Shown here in pieces: positions 38,899 through 52,539 of a DNA stretch of 64,000 nt. Made by a program: the position numbers and the translations under genes. Below the pieces are notes generated by a model that had not been told where the DNA came from, did not search any database, and was given only the letters and a program-made list of their open reading frames with translations. The DNA is from Utricularia gibba. Taxonomy: Eukaryota; Plantae; Magnoliophyta. How positions within the stretch are numbered: the first letter of the stretch is position 1; the number at the start of each line of letters is the position of its first letter. The stretch covers positions 3,658,001 to 3,722,000 of the forward strand of contig CM007990.1 in NCBI GenBank assembly GCA_002189035.1, in the 5' to 3' direction.

Positions 38899-39504
38899 AT
38901 GAAGCTCACCCAAATTTTCACAACCAAGATCTTCAGATCTAAGAAGAAATCGGCGTCGCTGAACTCGCAGAATTCCTTCTGCTCCGCCTCCTCCGACGAC
39001 AGCGTCTCCACGCCGACGAGCGTGATCCCTAGGAATCACTGGAACGACGTCGTCGAAGGCGGCACTCGATTCGATCTTAATCACGTTTTCCACATGATTG
39101 ACGCTGATTGCGACGGCAAGATCCGCAAGGAGGAGCTCGGAGATATGCTGCGCCGAATCGGAGGCGAGAAGGTTAGCGCGGAGGAGATGGATCTGATGTT
39201 AAGCCAGGTGGATACCGACGGTGACGGTTGTATAAGTCTGGAGGAGTTCCGAGTGATGGAGGAGGCATTCGCGCCGCCGACTTGCGACCTAGAGGTGAGG
39301 TGCACTTTTGATTTCTTTGATTCCGATGGAGATGGTCGGATTACGGCAGAGGAGCTGTTCAAAGCGTTTAAAACCATCGGCAATTCGCGGTGCACGTTAG
39401 CGGATTGCCGGCGCATGATCAGAAGCGTCGACAGAAAATGCGAGGGGTTTGTCTGCTTCGACGACTTCAGTCGAATGATGGACCTGCGGACTTTGAGCAT
39501 CTAA
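38899..39504 (+). CDS. CML36: Calmodulin-like calcium-binding protein, CML35/CML36 type, intronless, 201 aa
   Basis: MKL..K..FRSKK basic/Ser-rich N-extension with STPTSVIP. EF loops DADCDGKIRKEE, DTDGDGCISLEE, DSDGDGRITAEE and degenerate DRKCEGFVCFDD. The ORF-track start at 38803 lies upstream of the TATA box, so ATG 38899 is preferred. CML35 versus CML36 orthology is not resolved. Confidence 0.9.
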   Translation: MKLTQIFTTKIFRSKKKSASLNSQNSFCSASSDDSVSTPTSVIPRNHWNDVVEGGTRFDLNHVFHMIDADCDGKIRKEELGDMLRRIGGEKVSAEEMDLMLSQVDTDGDGCISLEEFRVMEEAFAPPTCDLEVRCTFDFFDSDGDGRITAEELFKAFKTIGNSRCTLADCRRMIRSVDRKCEGFVCFDDFSRMMDLRTLSI

Positions 39505-42500
39505 TTGGTTGATGCTTGAAGTTTCACAAAACGAAAAAATGAAAAGTTACCAATATGGTGCTTCATCTAGTTCTCTTTGTGCCCTTTTTGTAATGTGTAA
39601 AGTGGAAAATGAATGATAAAAGGAAGCTATAAGTTACGTGATTAAGAACAATTAATGAGAAATCACTATACAAATTCCATTTTTGCCTTTTTCTTCTGAA
39701 ATCATGGAATTTTATGAGGTATGCGGGTTGATGACCACTTGTGTAATTAATTGCTGCTATTTCATTGACTACAAATAAAATAGTCAATGAAATAGGAACT
39801 TCCCTGCATAAAATATCCAATATCTAGTTTTAATATTATTTCTGTGGTTGAAATTTTTTCCTATAAAAAATATAATTTTTTAAATTTTTTAGGTAGATTT
39901 TTGTATTCTTGTAAAAAATTTGACATAGATTTTGATGATTTGGAAAACTCAAGAATTAAGTATAATACTCAGACAAAACAAGTATATTCATTATGAAAGT
40001 GATAGTTTGGTGTTTATTTTAAGATGGTAAATTTAGTGTTAACTATTGAAATCATGATAAACTCTAAAAAGGATTTAAATATTGAGAAAAAGTTCTTGAG
40101 TATTTGGATATTTGGTCATCTCCAAAAGACTAAAGAGGAAGTTGCACGAGTTATGAATAATCGGATGGTAATTGCTCAATTCACCCCTCCCTCAAATAAG
40201 ATCTACTCTTACATTGGAGATTCTTATACATATATATGCTGAGTTGTTGGGACAGTGGCATGTGCTGAAACTTAGACATGTGTTATGACCGCTGTAATAC
40301 TCAAATACTTTGTTGGATAGTTTCTATCAAGGACAATCTATGCTTGTATGAGTATCTCCTACATGGGTGTTCCTTTGCATAATATTTATTGATGATTTAT
40401 GATTACCATAATGGTTACTATATTATCAATAATAAAGAGACAAATAATAATGCAACTACAAAAACTCCAAAAATTTAAGTTCATTACATTGGTTCTTTTA
40501 GTTTAATACTGTAGAATAATTTATGAGATTTTCATACAAAAAAAAATATATAAGTGGGAAATGTAATTTGATTTTATTTTATTGTTTCAAAACATTATGA
40601 CCACAAATATTAGAAGGAGGTCATGTGAACATTGAATCAAGTAAGTGTGATGACTCATGAATTGAAAGTAGAACTTTAGGCAAACTAATTTTTTTCTTTC
40701 TCTTGACCTCTATCATATATTCATGTATTTTATAATTTTTATCCTCAATTGTAGTTCAACATTATAATACATACGAATTGAGATTATTCATTTTATTTAC
40801 AGATTATAAACATCATGATAATACACATTTTATTGTCATTTTGTATTATGAAAGTAACAATATTATTCATTAAATTGCATTAAACCACAACGAAAAGTGT
40901 CTTACGTGTACTTCTATGGTGACTGTTTTTAATAATGTGCTTCTCGTTCTCCAAATTGATGCAAACAACATACATGGTACAAGAATCAAATAGCCACTAG
41001 AGACATGGTATATTTTTGAGTATTTTGATGTATGTTTCCCTCTCCTATGGAGAATATGAACTACATTTATTATATTGCCCACATTTCAAATTTATAGTTT
41101 ATTTCATTACATTAAATAATAATTATCTGGATCAAACTAAGTTTATGTCATGTATAAAAAAGTGATATGTTACAAAGTATGAAATATGACAAGAATAAAA
41201 AAATAATCTAATAAAGTCGCAAATCATTTCAAATGAGATGCATGACATCCCAAAAGAAAAGAAAAAGATAAAATAAATGAGGAAAGGAAAGACGGACACA
41301 GGAAGATTTCTATTGAAAAGGGTCATGTCAACAGCATCCAAAATAAGGAGAAGAGATACTTTTAGAGGAAAAGAAAGAAGAAAGAAAAACAATAACTCTA
41401 GAGCATATTTTCAAACACGTAAATAAACTAGAAAAAGTTAACAAGGGAGAAGAACTTATGGAAGAGAAAACCTTCATTTTTTTGATGACCAATGAAACTG
41501 AATTACATTACTATTGAAATTTATAAATAGTAATGTATGAAACCAAGTTATCTCATTGTCATAGATCCAAGTAGCGGACTAAAACTCAAGAAAAAATTAG
41601 ATAATATTCACCTTCCAGCCTTTCAAGTTAAGTGCGAAACCTATTTTCAGAACTTTTCTCGTTGTAGCTCATCATGGTCCAACTATATGAGGTAATATCA
41701 ACACATTGATGAAATTCAACTTCATTGCACTATCGAGAAGGAAGCAACCACCTAACCAGATGATAAAAATTGAATCCAATTGATAAACGAAAAATTCTAT
41801 TATCATTGCTACAAAAATAAAATTCCATATTAAATAAATTTGTAAATTATAATCTTCATAAAATACAAATAGAACACTAATTAGAATTTTGGAATCGATC
41901 ATAAGAAGTACATGCTTGTTATATGTTTCTATAGATGCAAATTTGTAGAATAAATGGTACTTTTAGTTTAAGATCAGACTAACATTAATATACAAGACAA
42001 GGAATTTACAACGAATAACAATACAGAAGGTAAACATATTTGACTCTTGCATAAAGGGAAATGCGATGTCTCAGGGTATTCTCATGGTGTGGTAACAAAC
42101 TCCTAATTCTTTTATGCAATTTCATACTTTAATAACTTCAAACAGCCTAAGTCTACTCGGGTTGTTTGCTACATCTTTGGCAATAATACTCCCTAGTATC
42201 ACTATCTATTTCATATAAGTCTACCGATTTCTAAAATACATAGAACTAGATCTAATTAGTTCTATCGATTCTACCTGAGAGTAACACCTATTAGACTTAT
42301 CTCAACTATTTAGTTTACCTTTAAATTAAGGATTTAGGTTATGTAGTTGGTTTATCTACCTTTTTGGACTATCCCAAGTATAATAGTGCATACAACAATT
42401 TTGAAAAATTTCAATCAAAATAGACATTTACCCCACACCACCTTCGTTACTCTAAGACATCTCAAAGGTTTAGTCACTCATAATTGGTCCTCTAAACAAG

Positions 42501-42599
42501 CTTTCATCAAGATAAACTCAAAATGTCACACAACCATTGTAAGAGAAACAATAACAAAGATAAAGTGTTTAATAAGCAAAAACAAAGTAAAATAAGTTT

Positions 42600-43203
42600 C
42601 TGTTTTTTATTGCTATTTTTTATGGAAATAGGATCTTCTAATAATTCTTCCATAAAAAAAACCCTGATGGGGTACAAATCGGGTATAATCAGTTGATCTC
42701 TGAAAAGCTGCCAAAAATGATCCTGAAAGTATAACGCCAGACGACAGATTGATATCTGTCAGAAATCTAACAGGCATGATCATATGACACAGTCTGAAAA
42801 GCGGCCGAATTACGGCATAACAGGCAGCCGATATCTGAAAAACGAGATCGTATAGCAGGAGCAGAAAGCAACCGATATTTGCAAACACCAGAATTCGGTC
42901 AGAGTGAGCTCCTATAAATAGGAGGAATTATGATGAAAGGGGGGTTGGACTCAAAAGATTTCTTCAAGTTGTATTCTTCTTTTCGCGACCTCCATCTAGT
43001 GAAACTCTTTTCCGGCGAGCTCCGGCAGCTCCGTGGTTTTTCTGCTCTCTGGCGGTTTCCACGTAAAAAATCCTTGTTCACTCTTATTTTAATCGCACCA
43101 ACCGTGAAGAACATGACTAAGTGCGGCATTCCCGACCGTGCCTATCACCTAAAATCGGCCTCTCACCGGATACCGATTTCACCCATAACAAACCCAAACA
43201 ACA
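42600..43203 (+). mobile_element. Solo-LTR-like segment (same family as 51228-51866)
   Basis: Contains ctataaatagg, ctccgtggtttttctgctctctggcggtttccacgtaaaa, and ends ..cccaaacaaCA. Homologous by eye to the reverse complement of 51228-51866. 5' end uncertain. Confidence 0.6.
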
Positions 43204-43299
43204 TATGACTATTAAAAAAACAAAATTCACCTAATCAAACTTGACTTTGTGTAATCCTATATCCCAATTTAACTGAGTACACCCTATCCTAGGTATGGT

Positions 43300-46200
43300 G
43301 TCATATATAAATCCTAATAATAACCTTATTTCAAGATAATACACAAAACACCCTTTGTATCAAACATTCTATTGCAATTGAAAAAATAATGAGATTTCAT
43401 TTTAACATCTTTACACTTTCTGAATATTGTACGAAAGGATGTAAATATGGGACTTTGAGAAGCCATAGATCATCCCAAATATGAATAGGATTCCCCATAT
43501 TTATGAGCCATCGAAATCTCAATTCCAATAAAAGCCTACTTGTTAATACATTTCTCTAATTATAAGAAGGACATCTTTCCAAATCCAGTGTAACATAAAG
43601 AAGAATTCAAGAAGTAATTTGCATGCAGTACTTTACTCTATCGAAAATCAAGTTATAGCATAATGCGCAATTCTTAGATGGTAACCAAAGCTTTATTGAA
43701 GGATTCAAGATCTCGAAAGCTCATCTCCCCTACTCTCCTTCCTCCATCCCCTTCCCAAAAAAGATGTTTCTAAACTTGCTTCCAAAATACCAATGAATCA
43801 TTCTCTTAGCCCTATCATTCCAATAAAATTACTTGGAGTGTCAATGATGAATACACTCTTATAATCTCTCCTCAATTCTAAAAAGTATCTGAGCCTTAGA
43901 TGCACACACTAATGTTTGGGGCAAATGTATTTACTGAAGTTTCATGTGAAAGGAATATTCATGTATTCTGACAATAAAACCTAATGATAAATATCAATTC
44001 CCTTTCTCACTATCAGATATGATTTATTGAGGTAAGTTGTTTCATAGGTCTCCAAAGAGTTCTTAATATGCCTCAATACACTCATATTCATTTAGAAGAA
44101 AATAAAGATATTGTTTGAAAAAGGTAGATGTGACATTCAAGGTGCTTTGTTTGACATTTAAACTTCAATATTTGCTCTATTTTCATAATCTAGATGAAAT
44201 AAGATGCTCAAAGCATCAAAGCACAAAATGAACAAAAAAGATGACGAAGTATCACCTTATTACAACCCTCATGTAGGCCAAATATGTCTTATTGGAACTC
44301 TATTTGTAATTACTGAAAATGAAACTAATTTTATCATGAGTAAGATCAACCTTAGTATGATAGTTGAAATGTCTTTCCTCTCAAAAAGTTACTATATAAA
44401 CTACTACTCTTCCTTTTGATATGTTTTATTGATATTCCATTTCAAAGAAAAAATGAGCATTTTGAGATGCCTTAATATATAATTTTTAGTTTGTGAACTA
44501 GCTAAGATAAGTTGGCTCCTTGGAAGTTTTAACATAAAACATTCATACTTTGATGGAACAGATATATCGCCACCATTGTATTGATAAGTAGAAGTTTTAG
44601 CTAATTTAATCTATTGGATGCAAATTTTCTTTAGATAATTTATCCACAATCTATTTCTGGGAAAACACATCCCTTGTGTGATATCTGGCTTTTGATATGC
44701 ATCCATTGTAGCTTTTGATCATTGATAACACCATTTTTATTATATTTTCATGTGTTTTTATGGGTGTTTTGTATGGTCAAATGTTCTATTGTGTGTTTAA
44801 TAATTTTCTTTTTTGTATTTAGTTATTTGGAATGTTTTATTATGAAAATAAGTTCAATTGACAATAATTAAGTTGAAAACTCTCATGTTTCTCTTTAGTA
44901 TGTGTTTAAATCTTCACGTAGTAAGAGTTAATACTGAAAGTACACTTTCCGTGTAGACAATGCAAAAGGGACATAAAATCTAAGAAAAAGAAATGACTTT
45001 CAGCTGAAAGTAGCCAACTTCTAAAAATATAAGATATAGGGCATATATTTCCCTTCTAAAACCCTATGGACAATATGGAGTATCCTTCTTTTGAGCGGAA
45101 AAAGAAAAGAGGAAGGAGGAGAGAGAAAAAAGCATACAAGAAGAGCCTAGTGAAAGGGAGAATGGTGGCTCTCTAATAATAGCTTCAACAATTTCCAGAT
45201 CTACGTTTCGAGACCATATTTACAACCCAAACTTTCAGTGCTTAATTGCAACCACCTGAGATTTTATATTTGTTCTTTGCTTTACTATTTCTAACTTCAA
45301 ATGTGTTCCTATATTTTTTATGTTGTTTCCTTGTAATTCTAGTGTTTAGATGCGGATGACAGATTTCTTGTAGATATTTTGTTAGTTTATGCACTCTTTT
45401 TCCTAACTTACGGTGTTGATAAGGATGAGTTTTATTCTAAGGACTCTCTTGAGTGACACAAGAGCTAAATCCTAGTGTAAATCCCGATCGAATCACTTTG
45501 CTTTTATGTTTTATGAGCATTCACGAGATTTTATGAGCTCTTTTAACCTTGCAACTAGTTCACGCCATTTACTATTATTTTATGTCTTATGCACGTAAGA
45601 ACTGAATTTTCATAAACCCCCTATTTTCAGTAAATATAAAGAACTTCAATAAATTACAGCCATTTTTTGTTGATTCGGTCCTGACTTGCCACGCTACATT
45701 GATTTTTATGATTCATGTAGAAGGGTAGTTAGATTAATAAATTCTTTTCGATGCATTGAACATGCTAGATCTTGATATTTAAAAAGATTTCTAACATTCA
45801 TCAACTACATATAACAATTCATTAATATTACTTGTGTTGCTTGAGTCCACATGATGTAATTTAGTAGCACCTTATTACCCAGTTAGGTAATTAAACTCAT
45901 GATTTATTTATTTATTTGTTACATTCATAACAAATAGAATACTACTTATTAGGATTACACCCATCGGTATGATCTTTTAATGGAGACTCCATTGCCTCTT
46001 CATACCCAAATCTGACACACAATTTGACTTTTTGTTGCTCTCCTCTCCTTTGAAGATTTACCAAAAAGAGAGTTCCCAAATTCATACTTGGAAAAAATAG
46101 ATTCTGGCTTTATCAATATGTGAATAGTTTTAGCTCATTGCCCCTAGCCATACAATGTAGCAATACTCGATTTATCACAATCCAACTTCCCCACTTCACA

Positions 46201-46650
46201 ATTTGTGAGATGATGCAATAGTCCATAAGAAGGTTCTCATAAGTTGCGGATGCTTTAATTGAAGAACTATTCATTGAATGAATCTCATATGCCATCACCT
46301 AGGGATGGTGAATGTGCAGAGCAATTCATTAATGAATATGTCTATAAGCACAGTCATATTCATCAATAGTCCCACAACTTTGGATATCCCTTAAGGGATG
46401 CATCAGCTAAAATAAAATCATCAATGAATTTGTCTATAAGATTCATCAACTAGTTTGAAAAGCTCATCAAAGGAAGATTACAAAATTGGATATAGAATGA
46501 GCATTTCACAAAAGTTGTTGAACCATGAAGATTTTCCTCTCAAAACCATTCAAGAATCAGCAATCCATGGTCATAAAACATAATGGTATAGCATTGAAAC
46601 TTCTAGTCATATTACACTTATGTTGAAAACATAAGTAGGAATCAATTAGT
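43300..46650 (-). mobile_element. Degraded LINE-1 ORF2, interrupted by an LTR-like insertion
   Basis: Minus-strand remnants RWLINMGNPIHIWDDLWL (cf. RWxIGNGxxIxIWxDxW), GGRRVGEMSFRDLESFNKAL (cf. GGLGFRDLxxFNxAL) and MSHLPFSNN (cf. ISHLLFADD). Many stops. Confidence 0.65.
44723..45755 (+). mobile_element. Solo-LTR-like segment inserted in the LINE
   Basis: Begins TGATAAC, ends ..GATGCA, ~1 kb, and separates two LINE segments. No TSD found. Confidence 0.4.
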
Positions 46651-49600
46651 CTCAATAGCCTTGATTTTAGGTCCTTTCATAAATTGAGAGCTGGAAGCAT
46701 GAGATATATAAAATCCTCTAGATTCAATGATTTACAATAATAGACCTTGTCCACTAAATAATGACATGTATCTAATGGGTTAATTACTTGACTCCCCTTA
46801 GATAATTCAATGAGTAATAACATATATATATATATATATATTAAATATTTTAGTCATTTTCAGTTATAAAATTAAGGTATTTTGTAGTTAAATCAGGTGT
46901 TTTATGTGATATTTTAAATATTTTAATAATTTTAGTATTTTTAATACATTTATGCACAAATATGCACTAAATTAATAATATAATCCATCTTATATTATTT
47001 AATATTTACCAAAGTATTAGCAGAGTGTTATCGAGCAAATCATATTTAATTTATATACACAAAATTGATGAAACACAACATATGAGGAGAGAACATGATT
47101 AATTATTTCAATCACTTACGATCTATATGTTCAAGCTAAAAGTAGTATATAATAAAAAAAAATTGAGAATATTTTGAGTAATAAAAAGATGAAGATATAT
47201 TTTTTTGAATGCATTTGAGCCAAATAGAGAGAACTTCGTCCAAAGGGAGAAAAAAAAGATTCAAGAGGTAACTTTAATTAAAAGTTATTTCAAGTTAGAA
47301 ATATAGTTGGTGGAGAACCAAACTTGAAATTTACTAATATACGTATGAATGTTTATCTAGTTTTAATTCATGTTGTTATGTGTTTAATATAAATGGCTAT
47401 TAGAGTAGCAATTGAAATGGCTACCCTAATATAAATGGCCAGAATTTAGTTTGATGTCTTAGAGATAGAAGTGTTGTGTGTTAGATTAGAGTAGCAATTG
47501 AAATAAGAATGTGTTTGTGTATATGTTTTCAATATTTTAGCATAAATACTAGATAGATATCAAATTTCGAGGTATATTAAAAGATTGAGATATAGGCAAA
47601 TTTCATGGTGTAGAACATGAATAGAAATGATAGACCTAATTATAGTGTGGTCTACAAAATTTAAGGACATTAAAATCGAAAAATTATATAAATTGGTTCA
47701 AGTAGATCGAGGTTTTGTAGGATTAGAATAACGAAAATTTTGGAACCACAAACCGAGTAAACATATCCAAAACTCATGAGATATCTATATTTGAGTTTAG
47801 TAAATTAGATTTCATAGTTTGTTGTATCATTATTTAAAATTTTATATCTTGATATTTACAATCTGTTAATTTTATTTAACACTGAAAATCAATTGTAACA
47901 ATTAAAATCTATGAACTTTCACACTATAGGGATCCCATCTTATTGTTCAAACATCGAAACCCATTATATATCTCGTATTTTGTTTGTATTGCATGTGTAG
48001 TATAAATGATTGGGGGAAATTTATTTGATATAAAAAATTCATATTTCTAATGATTGGGGGAAATTTTCATTTGTCAATCAAGTTATTTTCTTTTTATTGT
48101 AATGAAACGGAGCCAAAAAGTGAAACTAAATTTGGACCAAAGTTAAAAAAGAAGGATATATTTAACAGAAAAAGAACTTCCATGGACTACAACTTTGTGC
48201 ACAATTATATAAAGGTAGAGAACTTAATGAAAATTACATAGCAAAGTGACTTTTTTTATATATCATATACACCTTCATATGTGAATTGTGGATAGAGTCT
48301 ATTATACACCTTAGTGGGTAGGGACTACTTTGTGCACAAGTATATAAGGGTATGAACACAATGAAACATGCAATTGAATCATTTGGACTATTGAAACCAT
48401 ATGAATATGAAGACAATTCATAACAAATTATTGCAAGAAATTAGTTTATTTAAGAAATATTCTAGATTGAGGTTACACGAAAAATTCGTTTTGTGATCAT
48501 CAAGAATTGTGTGAATAGAGAAATAATGATCTTAGAAAGTTATGTGTATTAGAGATATTATTTTGAAAAACAGTTTTTGAGATGCAATTGATAAACTAGT
48601 GTTATTTACTTATTCCATATATGACATGCTTAGAGCATGTGATACGGATTTGATAAATTAAAAATCCAAACCGTTGCATATTATTGGACTTTTTAAATCA
48701 AATAAAATTTATAAATCTCTAATAGACATTAATCAGCAATTCTATAAAATATGTATAACATTTCAAGGTTGAACAAAATCAGCATAGTGATTGTTATGAT
48801 AAAGTTTACCTTATAGTGAAAATTCAAGTTTTATACTCAGTTAAAATTAGACGAATTCAACAATAATTTTGAAAATAAAAATAAGGTTTTAATTCTAATT
48901 CAGAGATCACAAATGGAATTTCTTAAGGTTCCATGAATAATATGATCACTTAAATTCTTATCCTAATCTATTCAAAACACTAACTAGCACAATAAAGCTC
49001 AAGTTTACATAACCTTCTTTTTTTGGATTTTTCGTTTTAGGTTTTGTAATTTTTCTAATCTACCTATATTTAGATCTATCAATTTGAAATGTATATAATA
49101 CTAAGTTTATGAGATCCTGTTGATTTCTATTCAAAAACCTTATTTACTAAACAATTATTAAATTTTTGATCTATCATTAGCTTACTTTTCTTGAGTTAGA
49201 TGCATTCATCTTTCCGCCTCCTAAATCTATCTGTGTTAGGTAAAAAAAAATATATAAACTTGAATAGATTGTGCTCAAGCCTTTCCCCCCTAAAGCATCA
49301 ACCTAATCTAATGACTAATATTAAAGATAAGTAAAATATATTCATAAAATGGAAATAAAAGTACATAAGGATAAGATTATGGAGTAATAATTTTTAGATA
49401 AAAGATAAACAAAAATGAATAATAAAAAAAATTCTTAAAATGTTAAATATTGAATTATATTTGCATAATTCTACCTCTAGATAATAATAATAATAATAAT
49501 AATAAAACTTTAAACTAGATCGAAAATTCTACTATTTTTCTCAGTTTCGTTCATCTGATTTCCCCCTCTATGCATGTGATTTGTTCGAAATTTTTCTCCT

Positions 49601-51227
49601 CTTCCTTCATAAATATGGCCTTGGGGTTAGTGGAAAAAATCTTTTCCATTTTTATCAATACTTTTTGTTGAATTTATACATTTTGCTATCATGTTTCCTA
49701 CTTTTTAGAAATTTCATTCTTTTCTTCCACAACTTATCATGTGGCCCCCTTCTGCTATGATAAATATCCATTTTGGCCTTATTCCGTGTCACATGTCATC
49801 GGTTTTTTATTAGAAATTTGATGGTGTCTTGACTCTTGATAAAAAAAAAGGCTTGTAGCAAAATAATCGATTATTTTTTCATTTATTTTATAAGCATAAA
49901 TAATATTAAAATTATCAAAACATTTAAAATCTAACTTAAAATACATAATATTATAACTAAACATGTTCATTTCGTATACTAAAATCGTCATTTGATTTAT
50001 GATATGTAGGTTTTTATGATTCACACACTTATAAAGCTACTTAACACCTTTCTGAAAAAATCATTGATGATGAGAATGCATTTTAGAATATTGTATGCAA
50101 CATTTTATTATATAAAATCAAAGGTATCCAAATGCAATTCTTTTTATTGTTTGCGTGAAGTTTTGTGCATAAATTTGCTACTTATTTTTTCGGAGGTTGT
50201 ACTGCCATGGTAGAAGAAAGAACATTTCTAGTTGACATTGCAAAAAGTTGGTAAAAATATTGATATATTGAATGATGAATTCCTTAGGTATTACATCAGT
50301 AGCTTATAAAATTTATTTTAGCATGTCTTGATTATCGAGGTTTCGTTTTAACTAGATCAAAACTATCGTCAATGGAATGATGAATAAATTATGGCAAAAA
50401 ATTTTCAATAATTCAAGGATAATCTTAAAATTGCTTGGTCATGTCTCTTTGTACTCAACATTTGAATGACATTGAAACATGTATAAGATGATTTTTTTCA
50501 TTAAAGAGGTAAGTTCACATGCATAATAATCTTTGAGTTTTGTCTAAAAAATATCCATAAAATGATATAGTTAATATAAAGTTCTGAAATTTTAACAATA
50601 TTTATGATAATGTTGAAATTTATTATTAAATGCATATGTGTTTTAAAGAATGATTTCATACAAACAAGAATATCAATTATTATAATAAAAGTTATACATT
50701 TGAATAGCTTTATTGAAATAATAAAATACAAAATATTACATTAATTATTATTAATTTTAGATTTGAATTATTCTTTTTTGTTCCTTCACAGTCATATTGG
50801 CAATAAGAAATAATGTGAATGAATATTTTGTATTTATGATAATTTAACAAGTGCACAGACACAATCAAAATAATAAATAAAAATCTACTTCACGGGGAAT
50901 TAATTATTTTTGAATTTTTTAAAAACATCTCAAAACAAACAACAAAAAAGATTTTGAAAACAATAGAAATAATGAGTTTGAATCAATGATCCACTATGTT
51001 AAAACTAGTATATGTATAAATCTTGAAATTGACCTATTTGTATAAGTTTTGGGAATATTATTCTAAAATATTATTACTCAATAAACATTATAGTGCCTTT
51101 TCTTATTTAATAGTACTATAGAATCAATCATGTCAGAAGAGCAATTTTACCTCTTGTAACAACTCATATTTTATTGATGCTATATTCTAATCTCTATACA
51201 TCATATCCTCATAGATAGGTTAGACCG

Positions 51228-51866
51228 TGTTGTGGTTAGGAATCGGTTAAGCTGAGGGAGACTGATTTCCGGGTTATTGGGGCCAAATCTCTTGGGGGTC
51301 GATTTAGGGTGTAAGGGTTTTATGGGTTGCAGTTCAGATAGGAAAAATTAAACTAGATATGGAGTTTTACGTAGAAACCGCCTGATAACGGAAAAACCAC
51401 GGAGTTGATGGGATTCGCCAAAAAATGGGATTCACTAACAAAAGAGAAGGAAAGAATACATGTAGAATATTGAGTGTTCAACCATTTCTTCTTCATATTT
51501 TCCATATTCATAGAAGAGGTCGAACCAATTGAATCCTGAATTATGCAAGTGTCGACTGCTTTCTGCACCTGTTAGTCGTACCTGTAATCCTGTTGATAGA
51601 TAATCATCGGCTGCTCTACCATTTCTGTAATTCGGCTACTTTTCAAACTATCAATATGGCTGCCGCTGTCCAGCCCTGACATTTATCGGTCTGTCTGTCA
51701 GCAACAGACCACTAGGTCAGATCAAAGACCTTTTCCCACCAATTCCAAGCGAGAGAAGCCGATTTTTTTGTCTCCTGGTTTATCGATTCTTGGATATCTC
51801 TCCCTTCAGTTTCCACGTGACATTTACCAATTTCATTCCCATGAGACCGATTGTCCCTTAGTAACA
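51228..51866 (-). mobile_element. Solo-LTR-like segment (639 bp), TG...CA termini
   Basis: On the minus strand it starts TGTTACTAAGGG and ends ..CCTAACCACAACA. Homologous to 42600-43203. No PBS, PPT or matching TSD seen. Confidence 0.65.
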
Positions 51867-52539
51867 ATTTTCGATTGAACTCTTATCCTTATATACTTGA
51901 AGTCAATTTAAGATTCCTTATTCTATAATACAAAAATATATTGATAATGAAAATGTTAGAAAAAAAAATTATAGTTCAAATTAAATGTCGATAAACATGG
52001 TGAAATAGTCATACACACGAAACTGGTAATTAAGATTTCACTACAGATCTTTAGTGACAAGTGTTATATCTAATAGTTGAGAGAGTAGTGTATTTATAAG
52101 AAAAAAAATATGAATCTTATGTTTTGTTTTCTTGATTGGTTTGAATAATATCTTTTATCCAAATATTTTATCTAAATTTTCCAAGTGCATTATCAAATTT
52201 TTATCTTATCTATGAATTTTGGATCGAATCTTCATCTTTTAATTAAGTCTTGGGTTAGAATTCATACCTTATCAAACTCATAAATTATTAGGTTTTCATT
52301 TCCCTAAAAAGATGAAACTAATATAAAAAATGTTAAAAAATTTGTAAATAATAAGAATTTGTAAATACAAATGTTAAAAAATTTGTAAAAAATATTAGGT
52401 TTTGGTATATTATATAATTTATTGAAAAATCGTGTTGGATTGATGCCTAAAAAATATGTGAATGTGCTAGAAATGGTATGCATGTTTTTGAGAATTTGGG
52501 ATACCATAAAAAATACGAGTGCAAAAGTACATTTAAGGA

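Noticed and set aside
38698-39500. Long antisense ORFs (131 aa and 139 aa) opposite the CML
   Set aside because: Shadow ORFs from GC-rich codon usage of the real gene; no recognisable domain.
42613-43208. Cluster of 76-92-aa ORFs suggesting organellar DNA or a gene
   Set aside because: The region is homologous to the LTR-like segment at 51228-51866, and no plastid or mitochondrial gene was recognised.
46700-51200. Short ORFs and small duplications in very AT-rich DNA
   Set aside because: Composition-driven ORFs; probable ancient TE debris that cannot be classified by eye.
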